Source: Candidatus Acidiferrales bacterium
GTDB lineage: Bacteria > Acidobacteriota > Terriglobia > Acidiferrales > UBA7541
Assembly: GCA_050746945.1 (NCBI GenBank)
Contig: JBOGMZ010000007.1
Span: forward strand, 118,130 to 182,129
Direction: 5' to 3'
DNA length: 64,000 nt
This document shows, piece after piece, positions 11,732 to 21,524 of this stretch (the stretch's first letter is position 1; each line of letters starts with the position of its first letter). Both the position numbers and the translations under genes were made by a program. The notes under the pieces are model-generated. The model was not told where the DNA came from, did not search any database, and worked only from the letters and a program-made list of their open reading frames with translations.

Positions 11732-13660
11732 ATGAAGGCATCTCAAAAAGCGATTCTGACAGTCTTGCTCGTGCTGCTGCTCGCGGCGCTTGCCGCAATC
11801 GTTTCCACGCACCAGTGGGCCAGTTCTCCTGCGCAATTAAAGGCGAATCGCGAGCAAGCAAATAAATCTGCCGATGTCGTGGATACGCGCTCGCTTGAAA
11901 CCGCGCAACAACTTCTGCCGCTGGCCGTCACTTCCGAGGAGCAAGAGTACGCGCAGGAGGCGCTTCGCCTGGCCGATAAGTCTGTGGACTACGCGTTCGA
12001 GACTGCCTTGCGAGACGCCCAGGAAAACCCTGCGCCGCTGACCCCGGAAACTCGCGAGCTTTCCGAGCATTTGAAACAGGCTCGCGCGGATGTGGGGGCA
12101 GAGGAGGATCACGTCGCTGAATTGACCGCAAAGCTTGCGCATGCCCGTGCCAGCGCGAAGGACGACCTCCAGCAGCAACTCGAAATCGCGCAAGCTCAGC
12201 TCGAGCTCGACAAAGATGAAGCCGACGACATCCACCTGGATTTGATTCGCGCGGGCGGCGATAAGCGAGCCACGATTCAGCAGCAACTCGATCGCCACGA
12301 AGCCTCCAGCCAGCATGGTGGAACTGCTTCCGCTTTGTCCGCGCGCCCGCCCTCACCAGAGGGAACCGCATCAGCAAACTTGCTGTCCGAATTCCGTGCC
12401 TGGTGGTCTCTCCGCACAAAGGCAATTCTGCTCCAGGAGGCGCGCCAGAATGCGCTCGACCGCCTGGCCGTGCTCGCCGTCGCTCACGAATCTCTCAAGA
12501 AGCAGGTGAGCCTGGAAAAATCGCAAAAAAGAATTATTCACAAGAAGATCAGTGTCTCCACACGGGCAGTTTCCGCGGGCTCGCAACCACAGCCTCAGCC
12601 ACAGACACAGCCTCAATCACAATCACAACCGGAGGCACAGCCCGCCGAAGCCGCGCCTCCTACCGTGCTTGTTTTTGTGAAGGAGCTTTCCCAACATCAA
12701 AAGATTTTAGGCGAATTGGACCAGCGAATCGAATCCGAGCACTATCTTTCCGCTACCTACGGCAGTTGGCTCGCTCTCGTAACCACACGTGAGCATGTAT
12801 TTCTGCACGCGCTCTTTCGATCTGCATTCTGGATTTTCCTGATTGCCCTCCTCGTCTTCATGGCCAATTTCCTCATTCAGAAATTCTTCGCCGACATCAC
12901 GCCCGAACGCCGCCAGTTGCACACCCTGCGTGCCGCGATTCTTCTAGGCGTTCAGGCGTTCGGGATCGTCCTTATCCTTTTAGTGATTTTTGGAGTACCC
13001 AGCAACTTCGCGACGGTTGCGGCCCTTGCCGGCGCAGGACTCACGGTTGCCCTAAAAGATTTCATTGTCGGATTCCTGGGATGGTTCGTGCTGATGGGCA
13101 AAGACGGAATCCGCGCGGGCGATTGGGTGGAAATCAACGGTGTGGGCGGGGAAGTCGTTGAAGTCGGCCCGCTTCACACTGTGTTGCTCGAGACCGGCAA
13201 CTGGACGGATGCCGCTCATCCCACCGGCCGGAAAGTAACATTTGTAAATAGCTTCGCAATCGAAGGCCATTACTTCAATTTCTCAACCTCCGGCCAGTGG
13301 CTGTGGGACGAACTGGAAGTTCTGGTTTTGCCGCCGGAGGACCCGTATCCCATCGCCGAAGCAATCCAGAAAATTGCCGCGGAGGACACCGCTGCCAATG
13401 CGGCGCTGGCAGAAAAAGAATGGGAACGAGTGACGCCCTCCTACGCGAAGCGTTCCTTCAGTGCTGCTCCTTCGATGACCGTCCGGCCCACGGCTGCTGG
13501 CGTGAATGTGCTGGTGCGTTACCTCACGCGAGCCAGCGAACGCGCAGAAATTCGCGCGCGCCTCTATCGAGCCGTGGTTGATATTCTAGGCAAAAGGAAT
13601 ATTTCCGCGCCCGCCACGGCAGACGCTCCCCCACAATCGGTCGGCAACCGCACAATTTAA
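11732..13660 (+). CDS. Mechanosensitive ion channel family protein (MscS-like) with a long N-terminal coiled-coil region
   Basis: N-terminal TM anchor, then about 250 aa of E/Q/A-rich coiled coil, a PQ-rich linker and TM helices. The MscS beta-domain follows (GDWVEINGVGGEVVEVGPLHTVLLETGNW). Confidence 0.85.
   Translation: MKASQKAILTVLLVLLLAALAAIVSTHQWASSPAQLKANREQANKSADVVDTRSLETAQQLLPLAVTSEEQEYAQEALRLADKSVDYAFETALRDAQENPAPLTPETRELSEHLKQARADVGAEEDHVAELTAKLAHARASAKDDLQQQLEIAQAQLELDKDEADDIHLDLIRAGGDKRATIQQQLDRHEASSQHGGTASALSARPPSPEGTASANLLSEFRAWWSLRTKAILLQEARQNALDRLAVLAVAHESLKKQVSLEKSQKRIIHKKISVSTRAVSAGSQPQPQPQTQPQSQSQPEAQPAEAAPPTVLVFVKELSQHQKILGELDQRIESEHYLSATYGSWLALVTTREHVFLHALFRSAFWIFLIALLVFMANFLIQKFFADITPERRQLHTLRAAILLGVQAFGIVLILLVIFGVPSNFATVAALAGAGLTVALKDFIVGFLGWFVLMGKDGIRAGDWVEINGVGGEVVEVGPLHTVLLETGNWTDAAHPTGRKVTFVNSFAIEGHYFNFSTSGQWLWDELEVLVLPPEDPYPIAEAIQKIAAEDTAANAALAEKEWERVTPSYAKRSFSAAPSMTVRPTAAGVNVLVRYLTRASERAEIRARLYRAVVDILGKRNISAPATADAPPQSVGNRTI
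12581..12643 (+). repeat. Imperfect CAR-CCN/CAR-WCN codon repeat encoding a SQPQPQPQTQPQSQSQPEAQP low-complexity linker
   Basis: Read directly in the DNA (caaccacagcctcagccacagacacagcctcaatcacaatcacaaccg) and in the translation of the MscS-like ORF. Confidence 0.6.
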
Positions 13661-13673
13661 TTTAAGTGAAATC

Positions 13674-14216
13674 TCAAAACAGCGAGAAGATGTGGAAGCC
13701 CAGGCAGCCGAGCCCGATGCCGATCACCGAGCCCGCCAACACGTCGCTTAGAAAGTGCATTCCCAAAATAATTCGTGAGGAAGCGATCAGCACCGCGACG
13801 GCCAGCAACGGCGCCCGCAACTCCGGATAAAAGAGCCCCACCGAAAATGCAACTGCAAATGCCGTGATGGAATGTCCCGAGGGAAAAGAATATTTGTCAG
13901 GAGGAAGGATCACAGCCCAGCAATGAGGCTCGATTTCGCAGGGCCTCTTGCGCCGGCTCGCGCGCTTGAGCACACGGAAGAGAAAAATGCCTGCAGCCGC
14001 GGACGAAATTCCAGCGCCAAGCGCCGCCAGACGATGCTCTCCGCCGTACAGCACAAGAATCAATCCGAGTGAGTACCACAGCCAGCCGTCGCCCAGGCGC
14101 GTCATCAAAATCATTAATATGCGGAACCATCGCGGCGCGCGCCATCGGTGCACGCGGCGCATCAGCCGGTGATCGTTCGATTGAATCTGGTTCCACACAG
14201 CTCTCGCGACTGTCAT
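13674..14216 (-). CDS. PAP2-superfamily phosphatase (membrane lipid phosphate phosphatase type)
   Basis: PAP2 signature KRASRRKRP ... PSGH ... SRIILGMHFLSDV with several TM helices. Start moved to the ATG at 14214-14216, which forms an ATGA overlap with the stop of the upstream PHP gene; the track ORF begins at 14270. Confidence 0.8.
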   Translation of the reverse strand: MTVARAVWNQIQSNDHRLMRRVHRWRAPRWFRILMILMTRLGDGWLWYSLGLILVLYGGEHRLAALGAGISSAAAGIFLFRVLKRASRRKRPCEIEPHCWAVILPPDKYSFPSGHSITAFAVAFSVGLFYPELRAPLLAVAVLIASSRIILGMHFLSDVLAGSVIGIGLGCLGFHIFSLF

Positions 14217-15100
14217 ACCCATTCCTCCACCGCGGATTGTGGCGCGGAAATCCAGCGGGGACGCTTGCAAGTTTCGGGCTGGCCGAGGAGTTCTGTTCCC
14301 CAGCGGCGACAGAATTGTTCATCCTCGTAATAATTCAGATATGTGAATGCCGGAATCAACACTCCGAGCGGAGAAAGGAGCGTGGTCCAGGCCTTTTCGC
14401 GCATCATTTCGTAGGCGACGATGAACACGTCGCGAGTCAATTTGCGGAAGGATCCGGATTCGCCGGATACGCGGCCCATCCCGTTGCGCAATCCCGCGAA
14501 GAACTCTTCCTTATCCCGCGCGTGGGAGACTTCGGTGTAAGCCGTCCCCGCGGACGGCAATGCATGCGCATCGCTGCCGCCGATTTCAATTTTTTGCCAT
14601 CGTTTCGCCAGCTTTGCGGCATTCGCATTGGCCCTCTCGAGCATGTGGCTGTTGCGCGTTTCCATTGCCGGGAAATAATCCTGGAACCAAAGGAAGTCTT
14701 CGCGATCGCGCGGCCCCGTGAGACTTGAGAACACATGGTTGATGCTGAAGAGCAATCTTCGTTCGGTGAGATACATCAACAGCCCCACCAAATTATTTCG
14801 CCGCTGTTGCAACTGGATGTGTTGGCGCTCGGTGATGTCGTACACGCCGATGTGGACTTCCGTTCCGCTCGGCATCCGGCAGGTCAGCTCTTCACTCAGG
14901 AAAAAATTCGCGTGCCGCCGCAATTTTTCCGAGCCTTCGATCGAATCGTGGTCCGTTAGAGTAAAGAGGCTCATGCCGCGGCGTTCGAGCAGGTCGTAAA
15001 CTTCTTCGGGATTGCTATAGCTTTCGCGGCAAAAATTACCGACAAAGGGGGTCGTGCAGGGTCCTGAGAAGTATGAGTGAACATGCATGTCGCATTTCAC
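14213..15100 (-). CDS. PHP-domain metal-dependent phosphoesterase
   Basis: PHP motifs CDMHVHSYFS, LTDHDSIEG and GGSDAH. GTG start at 15100; an ATG alternative lies at 15088. Confidence 0.85.
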   Translation of the reverse strand: MKCDMHVHSYFSGPCTTPFVGNFCRESYSNPEEVYDLLERRGMSLFTLTDHDSIEGSEKLRRHANFFLSEELTCRMPSGTEVHIGVYDITERQHIQLQQRRNNLVGLLMYLTERRLLFSINHVFSSLTGPRDREDFLWFQDYFPAMETRNSHMLERANANAAKLAKRWQKIEIGGSDAHALPSAGTAYTEVSHARDKEEFFAGLRNGMGRVSGESGSFRKLTRDVFIVAYEMMREKAWTTLLSPLGVLIPAFTYLNYYEDEQFCRRWGTELLGQPETCKRPRWISAPQSAVEEWV

Positions 15101-15251
15101 GATTCCAATTCTGAGCGCCGCTCATTACAAGCGCATGACACCCATGCTAAAGTTCTGAAAATACAGCCACTTAATTCTTTAGACACGCGAAACGCAGTTT
15201 TAACATTCCTGTAGCATTGGATGGCAATTTGTCGGTCAGACTTTGCCGCGC

Positions 15252-16439
15252 ATGCAGAAACTCGAGTGTGCGTTTTTTGACGCGGGCGGCGGCCACCGGG
15301 CTGCAGCCACTGCACTTGAGATGTCCATACGGGCGCAGCAGCGTCCTTGGGAAGTCTGCCTCACCAATCTGCAGGAACTCCTCGACGAGATCGACATATT
15401 GAGAAAGTACGGCGGCATCCGGATTCAGGACGCCTATAACTGGATGTTGCGCTCGGGATGGACGTTAGGCAGCACGCAGTTGATGAAGGTACTGCAGCTC
15501 GCGATCCGCATTTACCACGGTCCTACGGTCCGCTTGCTGGAAAAGCATTGGAGAGAAACACAGCCGGATATGGCGATCTCATTTGTGCCGCATTTCAATC
15601 GCGCGCTGTACGAGAGTTTTTCTCGCGCCTATCCAGGACGCCCATTCGTAACCGTACTTACGGACCTGGCGGATTACCCACTACATTTCTGGATCGAGCC
15701 GGGGCAATCCCAATATTTCATTTGCGGCTCGGAGCGCGCCGTCGCGCAGGCACGCGCTTTGGGACACGCCGACGATCGCATATTCCGCACGTCGGGAATG
15801 ATTCTTCATCCGCGTTTTTACGAAGCACCGGTCGAAAATCGAATTAGCGAGCGCGAACGACTGGGACTCCGGCCCGATTTGCCGACCGGGCTCGTACTTT
15901 TCGGCGGGCATGGTTCGCAGGCCATGCTGGAAATTGCCGAGCGCCTGGACCGCTCTCCGCTGGAGCTTCAATTGATTTTTATTTGCGGGCGAAATGAAAA
16001 GCTCGCCGCCGCTTTGCGCTCGCAGAATTCCCGACTGCCGCGTTTTGTGGAGGGCTTCACGACAAAAGTGAATTACTACATGCAGCTCGCGGATTTTTTT
16101 ATCGGCAAGCCCGGGCCGGGAAGCGTAAGCGAAGCGCTGGCGATGCATCTGCCTGTGATCGTGGAGCGCAACGCGTGGACGCTTCCGCAAGAGCGTTACA
16201 ACGCGGATTGGATTCTAGAAAATCAAGTGGGAGAAGTGCTCCGCAATTTCAAGGAAATCGAAGCAGTAGTAGCCCGGCTGATTCAACCAACCACTCTCGC
16301 GCGCTTTCGCGCCAATGCCGCAGGGCTCAAGAATCGAGCCGTGTTTGAGATTCCCGAAATTCTTGAGCAGATTTTCGAACGATCCCGTTCGACCACCAGC
16401 GGAAATGAAAGCGCGTTATTCGCTGGACGGCTTGCCTGA
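15252..16439 (+). CDS. MGDG-synthase-like (GT28-type) diacylglycerol glycosyltransferase
   Basis: N-terminal FFDAGGGHRAAATAL motif typical of monogalactosyldiacylglycerol synthase/UgtP-like enzymes, plus a C-terminal GT-B nucleotide-sugar region (FIGKPGPGSVSEALAMHLPVIV). The ATG at 15252 is preferred over the TTG at 15243. Confidence 0.85.
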   Translation: MQKLECAFFDAGGGHRAAATALEMSIRAQQRPWEVCLTNLQELLDEIDILRKYGGIRIQDAYNWMLRSGWTLGSTQLMKVLQLAIRIYHGPTVRLLEKHWRETQPDMAISFVPHFNRALYESFSRAYPGRPFVTVLTDLADYPLHFWIEPGQSQYFICGSERAVAQARALGHADDRIFRTSGMILHPRFYEAPVENRISERERLGLRPDLPTGLVLFGGHGSQAMLEIAERLDRSPLELQLIFICGRNEKLAAALRSQNSRLPRFVEGFTTKVNYYMQLADFFIGKPGPGSVSEALAMHLPVIVERNAWTLPQERYNADWILENQVGEVLRNFKEIEAVVARLIQPTTLARFRANAAGLKNRAVFEIPEILEQIFERSRSTTSGNESALFAGRLA

Positions 16440-19400
16440 GCTCGCGAGAACAATCGGCGCAAGCTTCGCTTCCCCCAACAGGACATTGAGAGCCGGGAGA
16501 TCCACTTTCTTGAGCGTCTCCCATGTCGCAAGCAACTCCGACAAGCGCCTCTGAGCCGCATCCAGCGCCGCAGATGATTGCGCTGTGGGCGCACTGTCCG
16601 CTGCGCCTGCGGTAGCTGCGAGTGAGGAAAGAGTTCGGTCGAGTTCGATGAGTCCCGTCGGCAACAGCGGATATTCGGCTTCCCGCCCTGCGATCTTACC
16701 CGCGCTGTGGTCGAGGGCATCGACCGCGACCCGAATCTCCTTCGCTTTGGGATTTCCGAAGAGGCGAGCATCCAACTCCATCAATTTTGCACGGAGATCT
16801 GCGATTTCGCGGTACGCGCTCGTATTTTTCGCCAGCGCCGCATCGATGCGCTGCTCGAGCTCAAGCTGCTTCGCGAGATCTTCGGGCGAGGCATGCGCGC
16901 GCGGATCCTGTTCGACGGTCAGCTTCTGCGTAAGAGTTTCGTTCCCGGCAATGAGGCGAACTTCATACTCTCCCGGCAGCACCAGTGGGCCCTGCGGAAC
17001 TGGATACGTGCCCGTGGAGATGGGAGCGGCGGACGAGTACTCGTAACGGAGCGCGGGAGGCTGGGTGTAGTGCAAATCCCAGACGTAGCGATGCATTCCC
17101 TGCGCGCTCGAAAGGATTTTTGGCACATGCAGCCAGTAGTCCGGAAATTCGCGCGGCTCGGTGAGCGTAAGCGGTTTGTCGGCGCTGGAAATGCGGCGCA
17201 CTAGACGTCCGTCTTTGTCGCGGATTTCGAGAGCAACCTCTCCTGCATCGGATTTCTTCAGGTAGTAATCAATGATGGCGCCCGCCGGAGGATTTTCTCC
17301 AACAGGAGTTTCGATCGGCAGAGGGGAATCATGATTTTCGCTGTTGCGGATGCGCAGTGCACGTGCGGGATGGTAGAGATAGGCGTTGCGCATATCAATG
17401 TGCTCGGCCCATTCGCGCAGGGGCTCGATATCGTCGAGAATCCAGAACGAGCGTCCGTGGGTTCCGACAACCAGATCGTCGCCATGCAGGGCGATGTCGC
17501 GAATGGACGTGACCGGAAGATTCATTTGCAGCGGTTGCCAGTGCTCGCCATCATCGAACGAAAAAAAGACGCCAAGTTCCGTTCCAGCGTAGAGCAATCC
17601 TCGGCGCTCGAGATCTTCGCGCACCACGTGAACGTAAGCGGCTTCGGGAATCCCGACGACGACGTTCCGCCACGTCTTGCCTGCGTCGTGCGTACGGTAG
17701 ATGTAGGGATGAAAATCGTCCACCTGGTGGCGGTCCACTGCCGCGTACGCCGTAGCAGCATCGAAATGCGAAGCCTCGATCAAGCTGAGCATGCTCCAGG
17801 CGGGAAGGCCCGCTGGCGTGACATCATCCCAGGATTTCGCGTCATCGGTGGTGAGGCGAATGAAGCCGTTGTCCGTGCCTGCCCAGATCTCGCCGGCCCA
17901 AATCGGCGATGGGGCAATGGTGTACACCACTCCGCGATGTTCATCCTGCGCATCCGGGGAATTTCCTGGCCGAGTTGCGAGCGTCAAATCGGGACTGATT
18001 GTTTCCCAATGCTGGCCGCGATCTTTCGTGCGCAACACGTATTGCGCGCCGAAATAAAGTTCGGACGGATCCTGTGGCGAGAACACCAGCGGGGAAGTCC
18101 ACGTGTATCGCAGACGATTACCGGCGGAAACTCTCGGCTCGGGAGCGATGTCGAAGCTCTGGCCCGTGGCCCAATTGAAACGGAACACCATTCCGAACGG
18201 CCCGCCGCCATAAACGAGGGACGGATCGGCAGGGCTTAGCGCGATGTAACCGCTTTCTTCGCCGCCGATTGGCGACCAATCGCGAAAAGTGATCTGGCCA
18301 AAGTCGCTGCGGCTGAAAACGCCGGCGGTGCCACTATCTTGCTGTGAGCCATAGACTATGTAGGGGACGCGATTGTCGGTGGTCACGTGATAGAACTGGG
18401 CCGTCGGCTGGTTGAACCAACTGCTCCATGACTTGCCGCGATCGACACTGATGACCGTGCCCTGGTCGGAGACGAGAATCATGCGTTGAGGATCATCCGG
18501 CGCGATCCACAAAAGATGATAATCATCGCCGCCAGGCGCGCCCTTGATGGCATCGAAATGTTCGCCGCCGTCGGTCGAGCGGTAGAGGGAAGTGTTCGCG
18601 ACGTAAACGGTGTTTGGATCGCGGGGGTCTGCGGTGATGCCGCCGAAATACCAGCCGCGCATCCAGATGCGGTGATCGGAGGAAACGCGGCGCCATGTTC
18701 TTCCCGCGTCATCCGAGCGGTAAACGCCGCCCGCGCTCGCGTCCACCAGCGCATAAACGCGCCTTCCGTTTTCTCCGGGAGCGATGGCGATTCCGATACG
18801 GCCCACACGCTCATCAGGAAATCCATGTCCGGTGATTTGCCGCCAGGTGATTCCACCGTCGAAGGATTTATAAAGCCCGCTGCCCGGACCGTTCGTCGGC
18901 GCATAGACACTCCAGGGAGGGCGGCGCGTCTGCCACAGAGAGGCGTAAACGAACTGCGGATTGCCGGGTTCAAAACAAAGATCAATGGCGCCGGTGTTGT
19001 CGTCCTTGCCGAGAACTTTTTCCCATGTTGCGCCGCCGTCCGTCGAGCGATACACGCCGCGTTCCGCGTTTGGCCCGAATGCGTGACCAAGAGCAGCTAC
19101 CAGAACTATATTGGGGTTGTGCGGATGGACGAGGATGGCGCCGATTTGTTGCGAATCGCGCAAGCCAATGTTTCGCCAGGTCGCGCCGCCGTCCGTTGAT
19201 TTGTACACGCCGTCGCCGAAGGAGATGTCCGAGCGCATGTCCGCTTCGCCTGAGCCTACGTAAATCGTTTGAGGTTGCGATGGCGCAATCGCCAGCGCGC
19301 CAATCGAGGCGATGGACTGGCCGTCGAAAATGGGCTGCCAGGTTTGGCCTGCGTTCACCGTCTTCCAGACGCCGCCGCCCACAGCGCCGAAATAGTATTC

Positions 19401-19592
19401 GTTCGGCTTGCCGGGAACGCCGCTGGCGGCCAGCGCGCGGCCTCCACGGAATGGTCCAATCAGGCGCCAGCGCATTTCTGCGAATGGTGCCGGGGATGAT
19501 TGCTGAGAAAGGACTTGGCGCGCGCCAGATAACACCAGAACTGAGGCGGCTGAAACTAATGCGAGTTTGCGGTATCTAATGGAAGTGTTCAT
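16416..19592 (-). CDS. Large exported BNR/Asp-box repeat protein (sortilin/VPS10-type beta-propeller, often annotated as glycosyl hydrolase)
   Basis: Signal peptide MNTSIRYRKLALVSAASVLVLSG. At least 10 SxDxGxTW-type Asp-boxes are present (STDGGATW twice, SFDGGITW, SDDAGRTW, STDGGEHF, VDRGKSW, TKDRGQHW, TDDAKSW, THDAGKTW, FDDGEHW). The C-terminal tail is alpha-helical. Confidence 0.85.
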   Translation of the reverse strand: MNTSIRYRKLALVSAASVLVLSGARQVLSQQSSPAPFAEMRWRLIGPFRGGRALAASGVPGKPNEYYFGAVGGGVWKTVNAGQTWQPIFDGQSIASIGALAIAPSQPQTIYVGSGEADMRSDISFGDGVYKSTDGGATWRNIGLRDSQQIGAILVHPHNPNIVLVAALGHAFGPNAERGVYRSTDGGATWEKVLGKDDNTGAIDLCFEPGNPQFVYASLWQTRRPPWSVYAPTNGPGSGLYKSFDGGITWRQITGHGFPDERVGRIGIAIAPGENGRRVYALVDASAGGVYRSDDAGRTWRRVSSDHRIWMRGWYFGGITADPRDPNTVYVANTSLYRSTDGGEHFDAIKGAPGGDDYHLLWIAPDDPQRMILVSDQGTVISVDRGKSWSSWFNQPTAQFYHVTTDNRVPYIVYGSQQDSGTAGVFSRSDFGQITFRDWSPIGGEESGYIALSPADPSLVYGGGPFGMVFRFNWATGQSFDIAPEPRVSAGNRLRYTWTSPLVFSPQDPSELYFGAQYVLRTKDRGQHWETISPDLTLATRPGNSPDAQDEHRGVVYTIAPSPIWAGEIWAGTDNGFIRLTTDDAKSWDDVTPAGLPAWSMLSLIEASHFDAATAYAAVDRHQVDDFHPYIYRTHDAGKTWRNVVVGIPEAAYVHVVREDLERRGLLYAGTELGVFFSFDDGEHWQPLQMNLPVTSIRDIALHGDDLVVGTHGRSFWILDDIEPLREWAEHIDMRNAYLYHPARALRIRNSENHDSPLPIETPVGENPPAGAIIDYYLKKSDAGEVALEIRDKDGRLVRRISSADKPLTLTEPREFPDYWLHVPKILSSAQGMHRYVWDLHYTQPPALRYEYSSAAPISTGTYPVPQGPLVLPGEYEVRLIAGNETLTQKLTVEQDPRAHASPEDLAKQLELEQRIDAALAKNTSAYREIADLRAKLMELDARLFGNPKAKEIRVAVDALDHSAGKIAGREAEYPLLPTGLIELDRTLSSLAATAGAADSAPTAQSSAALDAAQRRLSELLATWETLKKVDLPALNVLLGEAKLAPIVLASSGKPSSE

Positions 19593-19711
19593 ATCCTTCG
19601 CTTTCCGCGCAGAAGTATATACTATCGAGCTTTGGTCTCATGCAGTTCCGGACTCGGACGGCGCGAAGAAATCTGAGATGAATACACCGGCAACAGGAGA
19701 AATTATTATTT

Positions 19712-20182
19712 ATGGCTAAGGCAACATTTGCGGCGGGATGCTTCTGGGGCGTTGAGGAAGCGTTTCGCCAGTTCAAGGGTGTGACTTCGACGACGGTTGG
19801 TTACACCGGTGGCACGCTGAAAAACCCAACGTATCAGGATGTATGCGGCGGGCGAACGGGCCACGCGGAGGCGGTGGAAGTGGAGTTTGATCCCTCGCAG
19901 GTCAGCTACGAGCAACTTCTCTCTGTTTTCTGGCAGAGCCACGATCCGACCACGTTGAACCGGCAGGGGCCGGACGTCGGCACGCAATACCGCTCTGCGA
20001 TTTATTTTCATGAGGCCACGCAAGAAGCTTCCGCGCGCGGATCGAAAGCCGTGCTCGAAAAGATGAACGTGTTCAAGCGGCCGATCGTTACGCAGATAGA
20101 AGCGGCGACGGATTTTTACCGTGCCGAGGATTATCACCAGCAGTATCTGGAAAAGCGCGGCGCGAAAACCTGCCACTTCTAA
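19712..20182 (+). CDS. msrA: Peptide-methionine (S)-S-oxide reductase
   Basis: 156 aa with the GCFWGVEE active-site motif and typical MsrA length. Confidence 0.95.
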   Translation: MAKATFAAGCFWGVEEAFRQFKGVTSTTVGYTGGTLKNPTYQDVCGGRTGHAEAVEVEFDPSQVSYEQLLSVFWQSHDPTTLNRQGPDVGTQYRSAIYFHEATQEASARGSKAVLEKMNVFKRPIVTQIEAATDFYRAEDYHQQYLEKRGAKTCHF

Positions 20183-20222
20183 AAGCAGCGCGGCTTCTTT
20201 TGAGTTGAATCAGCAATTGTGA

Positions 20223-20450
20223 GTGTCGCCGAGAGGGCTGCCTGTGTTTCAGCCGGGACAAAATGTGCGTCTAAATCTGGCAGGCATGCAGGTGAAGGAC
20301 GTGATGTTTCATGCGGCGGTTCAGGCAGCTCTCGGCACAATCATCCGACAAACCTCGCAAGACCCTCCCCGGTATCTGGTGAAGCTGCTTTTTTCGTTTC
20401 GGGGCATCAGCGAAGTAGAAGTGCCCGCCGACCGGATATTGGCTGCGTAG
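20223..20450 (+). CDS. Hypothetical small protein (start uncertain)
   Basis: This is the only one of four overlapping ORFs here with a protein-like composition (..PGQNVRLNLAGMQVKDVMFHAAVQAALGTIIRQTSQDPPRYLVKLLFSFRGISEVEVPADRI). No family recognised. Confidence 0.35.
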   Translation: MSPRGLPVFQPGQNVRLNLAGMQVKDVMFHAAVQAALGTIIRQTSQDPPRYLVKLLFSFRGISEVEVPADRILAA

Positions 20451-20536
20451 CATTTCCACCGATTCATTTCATCGAGCTGCACTTCACCAATGGATTTCTG
20501 CGATAGAATGGAATTCATTTCGTTGAGGGGAATTGC

Positions 20537-21412
20537 ATGATCCATCGATTTGTCCATCATAACGACCGTTTACTGCCCGTCGAGCAGGTCCGCCTCTCAC
20601 CCGGCCAGGCGGGCTTGCTGAACGGCTGGGGGCTATTCACGACGATCCGCGTTGTGGAAGGGGTTCCATTCGCCTATGAGCGGCATTGGAAGCGCCTGGT
20701 GCGCGATGCCGAACGGACCCGTTGTCCCTTCCCATTCGATCAGGAAAAAGTGCGCGCGCAGTTAAATGAAGTGCTGCAGGCGAACAATGTGATCGAGGGC
20801 TGCGCGAGAATCTACGCCATCTACAATCAGGTGGGATTCTGGCGCAGCGACGAAAAATTCCCGCAGGTGGATTTGCTGCTGTATTCCGCGGGCTTGCCCT
20901 CCTATCGCGAACCGGCGCGGCTCGGTTTGCAGGAGCACGGGCGTCATGCGGCTTCTCCACTCGCAGGAGTGAAAGTCACCTCGTGGCTGAACAATGTCTG
21001 GAGCCTGCATGAGGCGCAGGCAGCAGGGTTCGACGAAGTGGCGCTTCTCAACGAGCGGGGCGAATTGGCCGAATGCACGGCCGCGAACATCTTCTGCGTT
21101 CGTGGAGGCAGCGTGACCACGCCGCCGCTTTCGTCGGGATGCCTGGAGGGGGTCACGCGCGGAGTGCTGCTCGAAATCGGCGCGGCGGCCGGCGTGCCGG
21201 TGGTAGAAGGCACTCTTCGTCCTGAGGATCTCTATGCAGCCGATGAAATTTTCATTTCATCGACCAACCGCTGCATGCTTGGCGTGAGCGAAATCAACGG
21301 ACACACGATCGCCGCCGCTCCGGGGCCGATCACGAAGAAGCTCGAGAAGGTGTTTGCCGGCTACATGCGCGAGTACATTGACGGGCGCGCCGCCGCATCC
21401 GGCAAGCGCTGA
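20537..21412 (+). CDS. Class IV aminotransferase (branched-chain/D-amino-acid aminotransferase or ADC lyase family)
   Basis: 291 aa with a fold-type IV PLP enzyme pattern (GLFTTIRV..., ...VKVTSWLNNVW..., ECTAANIF.., EIFISSTNR). Confidence 0.88.
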   Translation: MIHRFVHHNDRLLPVEQVRLSPGQAGLLNGWGLFTTIRVVEGVPFAYERHWKRLVRDAERTRCPFPFDQEKVRAQLNEVLQANNVIEGCARIYAIYNQVGFWRSDEKFPQVDLLLYSAGLPSYREPARLGLQEHGRHAASPLAGVKVTSWLNNVWSLHEAQAAGFDEVALLNERGELAECTAANIFCVRGGSVTTPPLSSGCLEGVTRGVLLEIGAAAGVPVVEGTLRPEDLYAADEIFISSTNRCMLGVSEINGHTIAAAPGPITKKLEKVFAGYMREYIDGRAAASGKR

Positions 21413-21524
21413 GGACCGCTTCTCGCGTGGAAGCGAAATTCCCAATGGTCCCTTTGCGCTATCCCGCTAGGACCTACCTCCGGTACAATTCCATCTGCAG
21501 GTCGAATCCAGGAGGCAAAATTCC

